Of a stretch of 64,000 nucleotides of DNA, positions 26,605 to 38,432 are shown piece by piece (the first letter of the stretch is position 1; every line of letters starts with the position of its first letter). The stretch lies in the NCBI RefSeq assembly GCF_009914755.1, contig NC_060934.1. One strand, given 5' to 3'. Under the pieces are notes generated by a model, which made no database searches, had not been told where the DNA came from, and saw nothing but the letters and a program-made list of their open reading frames with translations. A program made the position numbers and the translations under genes. The stretch is from the human T2T-CHM13v2.0 reference genome, Homo sapiens.

Positions 26605-28081
26605 TGTCATTAGCCAATGTCTTATCATCAGGGACAGACACATACATATATTACAGAAGGACGTGAAGAAGAGTGAGCGACCTGTTTAGACACACTTATA
26701 AGGACACACACAGACACACACACACACACACACGTGAAGGAAGAAAACAGCCTTACCTGTTAAGTTTCAGTCCTCTACTACGCACTTTAACTATTTTCCT
26801 ATTTTTTAGCAGAACCACCTTATAAGATGTTAAGGTGTTTCTTCACGTAATGCCTGTCTCTTTCATCTGTATCATATGCCCTCATCACTGTGAGGAATGG
26901 GAGAAAGAAAATTGGTAACTCTGATCCATACTATGCCTCTGAAATATTTTAGCAACAGTTGGAATAGAATCATGTCTGGAGCTATGTGTGCGTTAGAATA
27001 GGTATTTACCAAACCTTATTTTTCTATTTCATCAAATAGAAATTCTGCTTTTTTAACCTAACTGTTCCTCTTCCTACTGCATTGCTGGATAATTTGCAAG
27101 AAAATTGATTCCCTAAACCCAACTCTCAGGCTAGATTGGAAATAAAGAGCTTATAGACCCTTCAGAATCCCCATGCCTTTAGAATCCCCAAGGCCTCCAT
27201 CTGCATGTTTACTTACACAAATTTGGCCCTAGAGCCAGTGAAACACAGGGACATAAAGACATCCTCATTAAAACCAAGAATTTAAGCTCCATCTCGTGGT
27301 CGGATTTGAATGACCAAGAACATAGGTTTTCCTTGATTCTTTGAATTGAGGATCAATATGATTATCCTGTACTATTTAAAAATTTTTCGGAAAAAAATCA
27401 TGAAATTATTTATGAGGTCATAATAAACATGGATTACATTCCCAGCATGCATTTCATGAGGCTAAATTATCTGAGGAGTTCTAGCACCTGAAAGACCATA
27501 ATTTATTTAACCAATATTTATTAAGCACTAAGTATAAAATATGGCACTAGGGCTCAGGCAAAAATGAATGAGACACAGCCTTTTATCTGAAAGTCATTTA
27601 CAATCTAATAAAGCCAGATGCATACATATATGACAGAAGGACATGAAAGAAGAGTGAGCCACCTGTGTGGACCCACTGAGAAACACTTAAGGGTGATTAT
27701 GTTGAGGTACACCTTAGCAATCTTAATTTTCCTTCTTCTACCTTTTTGTTTCACTAGTAAAAATAAATCACCTCTTATACAAGAAGGAAAAGAAACTGTT
27801 TCATGTGCTGAATTAACACTTAGCATTAAATGCCTATGCTAACTGGCCCATAAAAAAGTAGTTTTTTTTTTTTTGGTTTGTTTTTAATTGAGAGATATTT
27901 TAATTGAGCCTATGACATAGGCTACTTTCCCAAATACAAAATTTTAGCATATGGCTTTGATTTTACGTTGTGTTTTTTTTTTTTTCTGTTTTAATGTTTA
28001 GTCACACAAACTTGAAGTTATCGTGGCTCCAACAGAAAATTCTAGATGTCATTAGCCAGTGTTTTATCATCAGGGAGAGAC
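26605..28081 (+). repeat. Dispersed local duplication in permuted order (A-B ... B'-A')
   Basis: 26605-26639 vs 28047-28081: 32/35 identical; 26641-26697 vs 27621-27678: about 88% identical. Confidence 0.8.
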
Positions 28082-28739
28082 TATTTTACAACAAAATTCC
28101 AAAACAAAACTTTTCCTTTATTACACAGTACTCGTTCTCCATTCCCTCCTCTTTTAGCTGCTCCATTAGTCTGTGCAAATTGCCTTTCATTTTATTGCTT
28201 TCCAGGGCTTCTAAGTGCTTGTTTAGAAACAAATTTTCTTAAGTCCAAGCTAAAGTCCAGGGTTTATTTGATTCCGTTTTTTTTTTTTTTTGGACAGTCA
28301 GCCAATGCTTTACTCACTAGTTTCAGTTTCTGTGAATAAGTGCCAGAAGCATGGAGCTGCTGAGCTTTATGAAAAGGTATAGACTTTTATTACCATGAAG
28401 CCACACTGCAAGCAAGTCTTGCCTGTTCTGTCCCTAAACTACTTTCAGGTTAACCAACAGTTGGAACTCATTTGGCTTATTGTATTATTCAGGATTTTCA
28501 AATGATTTGCCATTATATTGATGGCTTAATGCCCTATTCAAAAATGTTTCATAGTTTTATTATAAGGATTTTAGTCTGTATTCTGCTCTCATGTTAGTCT
28601 AGCAATCAGCAGTCATTAATATGATGCGACTCTATTGTAGTTAAACTGTTGTCAGAGAAAAGGTTATTTTCTAGAAATTATGTTGGCTGTGCCCTTCCTA
28701 ACAGTTCTTCACATCTCTAATATTTGAAAAGCCAGTGAT

Positions 28740-29790
28740 ATTTATTATGCTATTTTCCTTCTAGTCACTTAGATTACACTTTCCTCACACTACCAGGAAT
28801 CTCCTAATTGGCAAATCCAGAAGAGGCTCTCCAGTCCTTTCCTTACTTCACTGGCTGTAGCTTTTTGTACTGCCAGTTCCTCCTTCACTAAGTCATTCAA
28901 AAATACATATTGAGTCCTACCCTTGTCCCAGATGCCATGCTAGTCACTGGCAAGACAAGGTGAGCAAGAGAACCACGGTCATCACCCACACAGAGTCTAT
29001 TGTCCAGTGGCAGATTCCAAGAAAACCGGCAATTACAGCCCACAAAACTCTCTTCCCTTTCATGTCACAATTGTGTTCAATCCAGATTTTATCTACCTTA
29101 TCAGACGTCTCTATCACAGTATCATTTGCTGGCTGCTTGCCCTTGTGTTAAGGATGACTGTTGCTCAGGCATCCCTCCTAGGCTCTCTTTTTACCCCACC
29201 TGTTCTCTACAGATAATTTCAGCTCCTCTTCAGATTTCAACCACACTCCATATGCCTGTGATGCCAGTTCTCTGGATCTGCAAGCCCGTCAGCCACCAGC
29301 TTGCTAGACATCTCCCCTTTAGTGTCCCTTGGCGTCTTAAATGAAGCATGTTCAAAATTGAACTCATTAACTTTAATATGTACTCTTTATACTGTTTCCC
29401 CCCTCCAGTAATACTTGATTTCTTGGTTAATTGCATTACTATCTATCTAGAATATTTTCACTACTGAATTCTGTGAGGATAGAGAACTTTTCTGATCAGG
29501 CCTATATCTCTAGGTTTTAAGAAATTTAGGAATTCAAAATATTTGTTAAGTAAATTAAGAGGTTTTCTTGACTCTTCTTCCTCACCGCTAGCATGAGTTG
29601 TTCAAGTGATCCCCTAGTCCTGCAAATTATACCACCAAATTCTCTCACCAAATCCATCCCTTTTTTATTATCATTCTGCCTAATTCAAGCCCTTTCTTTT
29701 ATACTTTTAACATACTGTTTCTTCTCTGTATCACTGTTTCTAACTCTGTCCCTCTCAGTAGCACCCTGTACTTTATATGAAAATTAAGTT
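28740..29790 (+). mobile_element. L2 fragments
   Basis: ctcctaattggcaaatccag...; caggcatccctccta; aagcatgttcaaaattgaactcatt. Confidence 0.6.
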
Positions 29791-30782
29791 TTACTTCATA
29801 AGTAAATTCAGTATAGATGCAAGTGCTTGAAATAGGCAGAGTTTTTCATGTTCTTCCACCCCAAGTCACTGGTTCTTGCCACTGAACACTAAACTAAACA
29901 TGAAACATTGCCTTATCTCAAAGCAGGTCTTTTTCTCCTCACCTCCTTCATTCACGTATAAACTAGAATTCTATTTCCAAGAAATAAGTCAAAAAAAAAA
30001 AACCCTAACACCTGGCTAAGGTGGAGGAATAGGACTAGGTGGGAGAGGTGGCAGTGAGGTTGTTTGCTTGGAGATGAAACCAGGAAATGCTCTAACACTG
30101 CTGTGTTACTACAGCCCCAAATCCACATGTGAAAATGGCCTCCAAAATACGGCTCAATATTAGGCTGCTCTCTTTTTATCATTTATGTACATCCTCTTTC
30201 AAAGCATGAGTAGGACACAGCTTTTTCTCTGAGCCTCACTCTAAAAATCACTGAGGTTTTAACATTGTCAGAAATTTCATAATTTATTGGAACATGATAT
30301 TCATTTTCCCCTTCATCATTTCATTCTGTCCCACATAAGTAAATGTCATCTTCATGCCCATCAAGTTCCCTCTACTACTGATTAGTAAGTTTCTGTTACA
30401 ATAGAATATATTGATTGTCTTCCCTAGTTGTGCGTATCTCCAGCTTTACACAGTGTTTATGGCAGGGAGCCCCATTACCTGTGTGCTCCAGAACTGTAAT
30501 GCTTCAAGTAATTCCTTCATCAGGATACAGAAAGGAGATGGAACCATCTTTGGGGGAAATTACTAAGTGCTTTTTGCAACATATGTCAAGACTTTGGATA
30601 TTCGTGATTTAAAAACTGATCTCTGATAGTTTGTTTTTTCCTAATGAAGGCAGGTCGGCCTGAACTATATCACATCCAGTTACTACAGCCTGTCAGAGGC
30701 AAAGGGCTCTGGTTCCAGTGTTTTCTCTATTTAGTCCGTTTTTCATAGTCTCTAGAGCACCCCTTCAGATCCTCATCTGAGA

Positions 30783-31367
30783 GGCGGTACAAAGTCGTGG
30801 TAAAGAGTGCATGCTCTGAAGTCACACTGACTTGGCTCTATCAAAGACTAACTTTGTCACTTCTGTCTCACCCCTTTGTGCCTCAATTTCCTCATTTTAT
30901 AATGGGTAGATGATATGGTTTGGCTCCGTGTCCCCACCCAAATCTCATCTTGAATTGTAATCCCCATAATCCCCAGTGTCTAGGGCAGGACCTGGTGGGA
31001 GGTGATGGGATCATGGGGATGGTTTCCTCCATGCTGTTCTGATGATAGTGGGTGAGTTCTCATGAGATCTCATGGTTTTGTAAGGGGCTCTTTCCCCTTT
31101 GCTTATGCACTTTCTCAAGCCTGCTGCCATGTAATACATGCCTTTGCCTCTCTCTCACCTTCCACCATGATTATAAATTTCCTGAGGCCTCCCTCACCAT
31201 GTAGAACTATGAGTCAGTTAAACCTCTTTCCTTTATAAATTATCCAGTCTGAGGTATATCTTTATAGCAGTGTGTGAACAGACTAATACAGGAAATAAAA
31301 GCACCTACCTCATAAATAGTTGCAAAGATTAAATATATGTTATTCAATCTTTCTTAGAAAAGTAGCT
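30783..31367 (+). mobile_element. MIR, split by a THE1 LTR and an L1 (remainder at about 35530-35570)
   Basis: gtggtaaagagtgcatgctctgaagtcacactg...tgtgcctcaatttcctcat | gcacctacctcata...cttagaaaag. Confidence 0.7.
30911..31290 (+). mobile_element. THE1D-like MaLR solo LTR
   Basis: tgatatggtttggctccgtgtccccacccaaatctcatcttgaattgtaatcccc...aacagactaataca. Confidence 0.92.
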
Positions 31368-31516
31368 TGTGTGAATTTGATCCTGTCATTATGATGCTAG
31401 CTGGTTATTTTGCCCATTAGTTGATGCAGTTTCTTCATACTGTCAATGGTCTTTACAATTTGGTATGTTTTTGCGGTGGTTGGTACTGGTTTTTCCTTTC
31501 CATTTTTAGTGCTTCC
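31368..31516 (-). mobile_element. Inverted 5' segment of the adjacent L1 (ORF1 end, inter-ORF spacer, first ORF2 codons)
   Basis: Reverse complement reads ggaagcactaaaaatggaaagg...catcataATGACAGGATCAAATTCACAC. Confidence 0.9.
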
Positions 31517-34500
31517 ACATAACAATATTAACCTTAAATGTAAACGGGCCAAATGCCCCCAGTTAAAAGACACAGACTGGCAAGATGGATAAAGAGTCAA
31601 GACCCATTGGTATGCTGTATTCAGGAGACCCATCTCATGTGCAAAGACACACATAGGCTCAAAATAAAGGGATGGAGGAAGATTTACCAAGTTGGAAAGC
31701 AAAAAAAGCAAGGGTTGCAATCCTAGCCTCTGATAAAACATACTTTAAACCAGCAAAGATCAAAAAAGACAAAGAAGGGCATTATATGATGGTAAAGGGA
31801 TCAATGCAACAAGAAGAGCTAACTATCCTAAATATATGTGCACTGAATACAGGAGCACCCAGATTCATAAAGCAAATTCTTAGAGACCTACAAAGATTCT
31901 TAGACTCCCACACAATAATAGTGGGACACTTTAACACCCCACTGTCAATGTTAGAGCAACAAGACAGAAAATTAACAAGGATATTCAGGACTTGAACTCA
32001 GCTCTGGACCAAGCGGAGATAATAGACATCTACAGAACTCTCCACCCCAAATCAACAGAATATACAATCTACTCAGCACCACATCACACTTATTCTAAAG
32101 TTGACCACATAATTGGAAGTAAAACACTCCTCAGCAAATGCAAAAAATGGAAATCATAACAAACAGTCTCTTAGACCACAGTGCAATCAAATAAGAACTC
32201 AGGATTAAGAAACTCACTCAAAACCGCACAACTACATAGAAATTGAGCAACCTGCTCTGGAATGACTACTGGGTAAATAACAAAATGAAGGCAGAAATAA
32301 ATAAGTTCTTTGAAACCAATGAGAACAAGGACACAACACACCAGAATCTCTGGGACACAGCTAAAGCAGTGTCTAGAGGGAAATTTATAGCACTAAATGC
32401 CCACAGGAGAAAGCAGGAAAGATCTAAAATCAACACCCTAACATCACAAGTAAAAGAACTAGAGAAGCAAGAGCAAACAAATTCAAAAGCTAGAAGAAGG
32501 TAAGAAATAACTAAGATCAGAGCAGAACTGAAGGAGATAGAGAGACGAAAAACCCTTCAAAAAAATCAGTGAATCCGGGAGCTGGTTTTTTGAAAAGATT
32601 AACAAAATAGATAGGCCACTAGCCAGACTAATAAAGAAGAAAGGAGAGAAGAATCAAACAGACACAATAAAAAATGATAAAGGAAATATCACCACTGATC
32701 GCACAGAAATACAAACTACCATCAGAGAATACTATAAACACCTCTATGCAAATAAACTAGAAAATCTAGAAGAAATGGATAAATTCCTGGACACATACAC
32801 CCTTCCAAGACTAAACCAGAAAGAAGTCGAATCCCTGAATAGACCAATAACAAGTTCTGAAATCGAGGCAGTAACTAATAGCCTACCAACCAAAAAAAGC
32901 CCAGGACCAGATGGGTTCACAGCCGAATTCTACCAGAGGTACAAAAAGGAGCTGGTACCATTCCTTCTGTAACTATTCCAAACAACAGAAAAAGGGGGAC
33001 TCCTCCCTAACTCATTTTATGAGGCCAGCATTATCCTGATACCAAAACTTGGCAGAGACACAACAAGAAAAGAAAATTTCAGTCTAATATCCCTGATGAA
33101 CATCAATGCGAAAATCCTCCATAAAATACTGGCAAACCGAATCCAGCAGCACATCAAAAAGCTTATTCACCACGATCAAGTCAGCTTTATCCCTGGGCTG
33201 CAAGTCTGGTTCAACATACGCTAATCAATAAAATCCATCACATAAACAGAACCAATGACAAAAACCACATGATTATCTCAATAGATGCAAAAAAGACCTT
33301 TGACAAAATTCAACATCCCTTCATGCTTAAAGCTCTCAATAAACTAGGTGTTGATGGAACATATCTCAAAATAATAAGAGATATTTATGACAGACCCACA
33401 GCCAATAACATACTGAATGGGCAAAAGCTGGAAGCATTCCCTTTGAAAACTGGCACAAGACAAGGATGCCTTCTCTCATCACTCCTATTCAACATAGTAT
33501 TGGAAGTTCTGGCCAGGGCAATCAGGCAAGAGAAAGAAATAAAGGGTATTCAATTCGGAAGAGAGGAAGTCATATTGTCTGCGTTTGCAGATGACATGAT
33601 TGTATATTTAGAAAACCCCATTGTCTCAGCCCAAAATCACTTTAAGCTGATAAGCAACTTCAGCAAAGTCTCAAGATACAAAATAAATGTACAAAACTCA
33701 CAAGCATTCCATACACCAATAATAGACAAACAGAGAACCAAATCATGAGTGAATTCCCATTCACAATTGCTACAAAGAGAATGAAATACCTAGGCATACA
33801 ACTTACAAAGGACGTGAAGGACCTCTTCAAGGAGAACGACAAACCACTGCTCAAGGAAATAAGAGAGGACACAAACAAATGGAAAAACATTCCATGCTCA
33901 TGGATAGGAAGAATCAATATTGTGAATATGGCCATACTGCCCAAAGTAATTTATAGATTCAATGCCATCCCCATCAAGTTGCCATTGACTTTCTTCACAG
34001 AATTAGAAAAAGCTGCTTTAAATTTCATATGGAACCAAAAAAGATCCCATATAGCCAAGACAATCCTGGTCAAAAAGAACAAAGCTGGAGGCATCACACT
34101 ACCTGACTTCAAACTATACTACAAGGCTACAGTAACCAAAACAGCATGATACTGGTACCAAAACAGATATGTAGACCAATGGAACAGAACAGAGGCCTCA
34201 GAAATAATGCCACACCTCTACAACCATCTGATGTTTGACAAACCTGACAAAAACAAGCAATGGGGAAAGGATTCCCTATTTAATAAATGTTGTTGAGAAA
34301 ACTGGCTAGCCATGTGCAGAAAACTGAAACTGAACCCCTTCCTTACACCTTATACAGAAATTAACTCAAGATGGATTAAAGACTTAAACATAAGACCTAA
34401 AACCATAGAAACCCTAGAAGAAAACCTAGGCAATACCATTCAGGACATAGGCATGGGCAAGGACTTCATGACTAAAACACCAAAAGCAATGGCAACAAAA

Positions 34501-35529
34501 ACCAAAACTGGAAAATGGGATCTAATTAAACTAAAGAGTTTCTGCACAGCAAAAGAAACTATCATCAGAGTGAACAGGCAACCTACAAAAATGGGAGAAA
34601 ATTTTTGCAATCTATCCATCTGACAAAGGATCCAGAATCTACAAGGAACTTAAAGAAACTTACAAGAAAAAAAAACCCCATCAAAAAGTGGGCGAAGGAT
34701 ATGAACAGACACTTCTCAAAAGAAGACATTTATCCTGCCAACAAACATATGAAAAAAAGCTCATCATCTATGGTGATTAGAGAAATGCAAATCAAAACCA
34801 CAATGAGATACCATCTCACACCGGTTAGAATGGCAGTCATTAAAAAGTCAGATGCTGGAGAGGATGTGGAAAATAGGAGCGCTTGTACACTGTTGGTGGG
34901 TGTGTAAATTAGTTCAGCCATTGTGGAAGACAGTGTGGTGATTCCTCAAGGATCTAGAATCAGCAATCTCATTACTGGGTATATTCCCAAAGGAGTTTAA
35001 ATCATTCTACTATAAAGATACATGCTCACATATGTTTATTGCAGCACTGTTCACAATAGCAAAGACTTGGAACCAACACAAATGCCCATCAATGATAAAC
35101 TGTATAAAGAAAATGTGGCACATATACACCATGGAATACTATGCAGTCATAAAAAAGGATGAGTTCATGTCCTTTGCAGGGACATGGATGAAGCTGGAAA
35201 CCATCATTCTCAACACAGGAACTAACACAGGAACTGAAACATCATTCTCAACATCAAACTAACACAGGAACTGAAAACCAAACATCGCATGTTCTCACTC
35301 ATGAGTGGGAGTTGAACAATGAGAACACAAGGATGCAGAGAGGGGAACATCTCACACCAGGGCCTGTCGGGGGTTGGGGGACTAGGGGAGAGATAACATT
35401 AGGAGAAATACCTAAAGTAGATGACGGGTTGATGGGTACAGCAAACCACATGACACGTATATACCTATGAACAAACCTGCACGTTCTTCTGCACATGCAT
35501 CCCAGAACTTAATGTATAATAATAAAAAA
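31516..35529 (+). mobile_element. L1PA7/8-like LINE-1: near-complete but disabled ORF2 plus 3' UTR
   Basis: ORF fragments cover the endonuclease, [10 protein letters not shown] (RQGC..FADD) and C-terminal regions with stops and frameshifts; G-rich 3' UTR and A-rich tail; degenerate TSD aaaagtagct / aaaaggacct. Confidence 0.97.
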
Positions 35530-35659
35530 GGACCTAGCGTATATAGACTTTCTATATTTAGACATTATTAACTTGGTACACTCATGCTTAAAGTTGCCCT
35601 GATCTGCCACCCCCACCCCCAACATGGCATCTCGTTACCTAAAATATGCTTAAAGTTAC

Positions 35660-36048
35660 AAATCCTTTGCCTACAAATGGCACACAGACCCTTTGAGATC
35701 TGTCCACACTGTGCCTCTCCATTTGTATCTCTCAACTTTTCCTGTTAATCGTCAGTGTGTTTTAACCATGTCAAGCTGCATGCCAGACTCTCTCTGGACT
35801 TCCCAAACATTAATAAATACTAGTCCTTTGTGACCCAGCTTTCTGGCCAAATGCTGTCTTCTCCTGGAAGATTCCTGGCTCTAGCAGTTAGTCAACTTCA
35901 TATAGTTATTCAAGCTGTGCAAGCTTGTATAGCCTATGTATCGTTGCATTGTGACCTTTTTTTTCCCTTAGGGTCTTTCCCACTTGAACTATTCCACCTG
36001 TTAAGCTCAGTGCCTAGCGCAATGGTGCACTGCTGAATGAATGAATGC
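35660..36048 (+). mobile_element. L2 3' fragment
   Basis: Ends ctcagtgcctagc...tgctgaatgaatgaatg. Confidence 0.55.
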
Positions 36049-36351
36049 TGTAAATAGAAATTAGTATTATATATGTAGACATGGGATTTTAGCTTTTATT
36101 AATTAAGCTTTTGGTCATTTAGTGTCATACATCTTGAAGTTTTTGCAAGGGTGAACTCACATGAAATATACACATATGATAAAAACTACCTCCTTGGAGA
36201 GCTGTTTCCTGGGGAATCTATAGATGGTCATGCTAGCTATGACTGTTCTCTAGTATATTTTTGGAAATGGATCAAACAATATACTATCCCATTTTTTTTC
36301 AAATCTGTTTCCCTCTGAATTTCTCTTGGGTTGCTGGACACTGGCACCCTC

Positions 36352-37100
36352 TGTCACAGCTTTCTTGCTCCCACAGTTAGGCAAGCAGGAAGGAGTGGTA
36401 CCCAGTGGCTTCCCTTCTTCACTCCCATAGCTTGGTGGGAGGGAGTGGCAGCCAGTGGCATCTTCTCTCCCATTGTTCAGCAAGCAAGAGGGAGGGTTAC
36501 ATCTTTTTTACTCCAGCTGCCTGCAGCTCGGTGAGCTGGAGGGAGTGGCACCCAGCAGCTTTCTCACTCCCATAGTTTGGCGTATGGGAAACAATGTTAC
36601 AGCCCTTTTACTCTCACCTCCTGCAGCTGGTGAGCAGGGGTGTTAGAGCTCTTTTTGCTCCCACAGTTCAGCAAATTCCGGGTTCTTGTCCCATGACTAA
36701 GAGGAATGAAGTCACGGACACCGGAGAGCGAGTAAGGCAGAATAGAATTTTATTGAGCAAAAGAAAAGCTCTCGACAGTGAGTGGGCACCTGAAAATGGG
36801 TAGCCATCTGTGAAGCTGAGTCCGGGGTTTTTTATGCATTTGGAATGAGGAAGCGCAGGCTGTAGGTAATCTTAGAAAAGGCAACATTCGATTAAAAAAT
36901 GATAAAAAAGCATTATTCAGAAAGAACCAATTGAAAAAGAGTGGGTAACAGGAATAGAAGTTCTCACTCTAGTTCATGGACTCTATCTGGAATTGGTAGT
37001 TTGGTTTTCAGACTTCAGAGGATCCTTGGCTTGTAGGTCAAGTTTCACCAGGGACCCATCCCTGTCTGCCTAGAAATCTGTCTCCTGACACCTCCATTCA
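36352..37100 (-). mobile_element. ERV1 (MER4-group; LTR27/LTR28/MER52-related) solo LTR
   Basis: Minus strand begins tgaatggaggtgtcaggagacagatttctaggcagacaggg...; antisense AATAAA near 36750; about 60-bp degenerate repeats at its 3' end. Confidence 0.7.
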
Positions 37101-37499
37101 AGTGTCATACATCAAAAAGCTACATATTATCAAAATGTGTTTCCCCACAGACAGATTCCTTTGCAAAACTGGATGGGAGTGAACATCATGGCTGGCCGTC
37201 TTGTGCTGTGTGACAGAACATTAACATGCCCAAAGCCAGAGGTCTAGAAGACAGTGTCCCTGCCACAGAGGGAGCCTCCAACGTCTGAAAGTCCGACAGC
37301 ATTGACTTTAACTCATTGCTTTATAAAAACTGTAAACAACTAAACCCATGAGGCAAGAGCCAAAGTATTACAGCTCAGTCAGGCCACACCCCCTGCAAAC
37401 TGTTTCTGGATAAAACAGTCATAACATTGGCTTGTGTGCTGGGATTTCACAGTTTAAAATATGCATGATTAGTGCCTATGATTGATGTGTTAACTAATG

Positions 37500-37920
37500 A
37501 AGCCTATACCAGTTTAGCAGATAATGCTGGCAGGACGTAAGGTGTCTCAGACAATTTCCCATGTGGTGTTGCATCAGTCTAAATCCCTTTGAGGTCACAG
37601 GCAGGATATTGGTCGATTTTAATGTTGACGATTATCCAAAAGAATGACCACATCATGAACACATTACATAATGTGGTGGGGGTTTCAGTCTTCATATGGA
37701 CAAAAGAATTCTAACATCCTAATGGATGTACCAAACTTCTGGCTGGGATAGATATGAAATTTAGAGAAGAGATGAGAGCTGCCTTGTCAACAGATTGGCT
37801 CCACATGCCACATGTTGGCATAGGTAAGAGATGACATATGAACAAAAGCAGTTGTCGAATACTGACACAAGGGAGCTTTCCTGGACTCAGTGAGCATGAA
37901 ATAGACTAGCCTTAAGCAGT
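37500..37920 (+). mobile_element. Probable RTE-clade LINE remnant (MamRTE1/L4-like), C-terminal region
   Basis: Degenerate KVSQTI..VLHQSKS (compare KVYRAV..LLYGSET), then ..HV.. and KQL (compare WAGHV..PKQLLYG) at roughly the expected spacing. Confidence 0.35.
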
Positions 37921-38123
37921 GGTCACAATGAAATCATGGCTAAAGAATGTTTCCGTGGGGCTGTCTCTGAAGGCAGTACCCCAGAGCTCCTTCTTGCTCA
38001 GCACCCAAGACAAGTGGACCACAGAGAACTGCAGCAGTCCAAATGGAGCCGAGGGCAGATCCATTAACAAAGGCCCCAACTCACATGGAATGGAATGAAT
38101 GCTTCAAGAAACACCAAGCCTGA

Positions 38124-38432
<309 letters not shown>

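Noticed and set aside
31672-35262. Series of ORFs with endonuclease and reverse transcriptase motifs, as a novel RT system
   Set aside because: They are frameshifted pieces of one ordinary LINE-1 ORF2
36352-36680. About 60-bp degenerate repeats resembling a repeat-spacer array
   Set aside because: Internal repeats of an ERV1 LTR; no identical repeats, unique spacers or cas genes; eukaryotic DNA
36121-37113. 13-bp direct repeat agtgtcatacatc at 36121 and 37101, as a TSD
   Set aside because: ERV1 TSDs are about 4 bp and the left copy is about 220 bp from the LTR edge; compatible with chance
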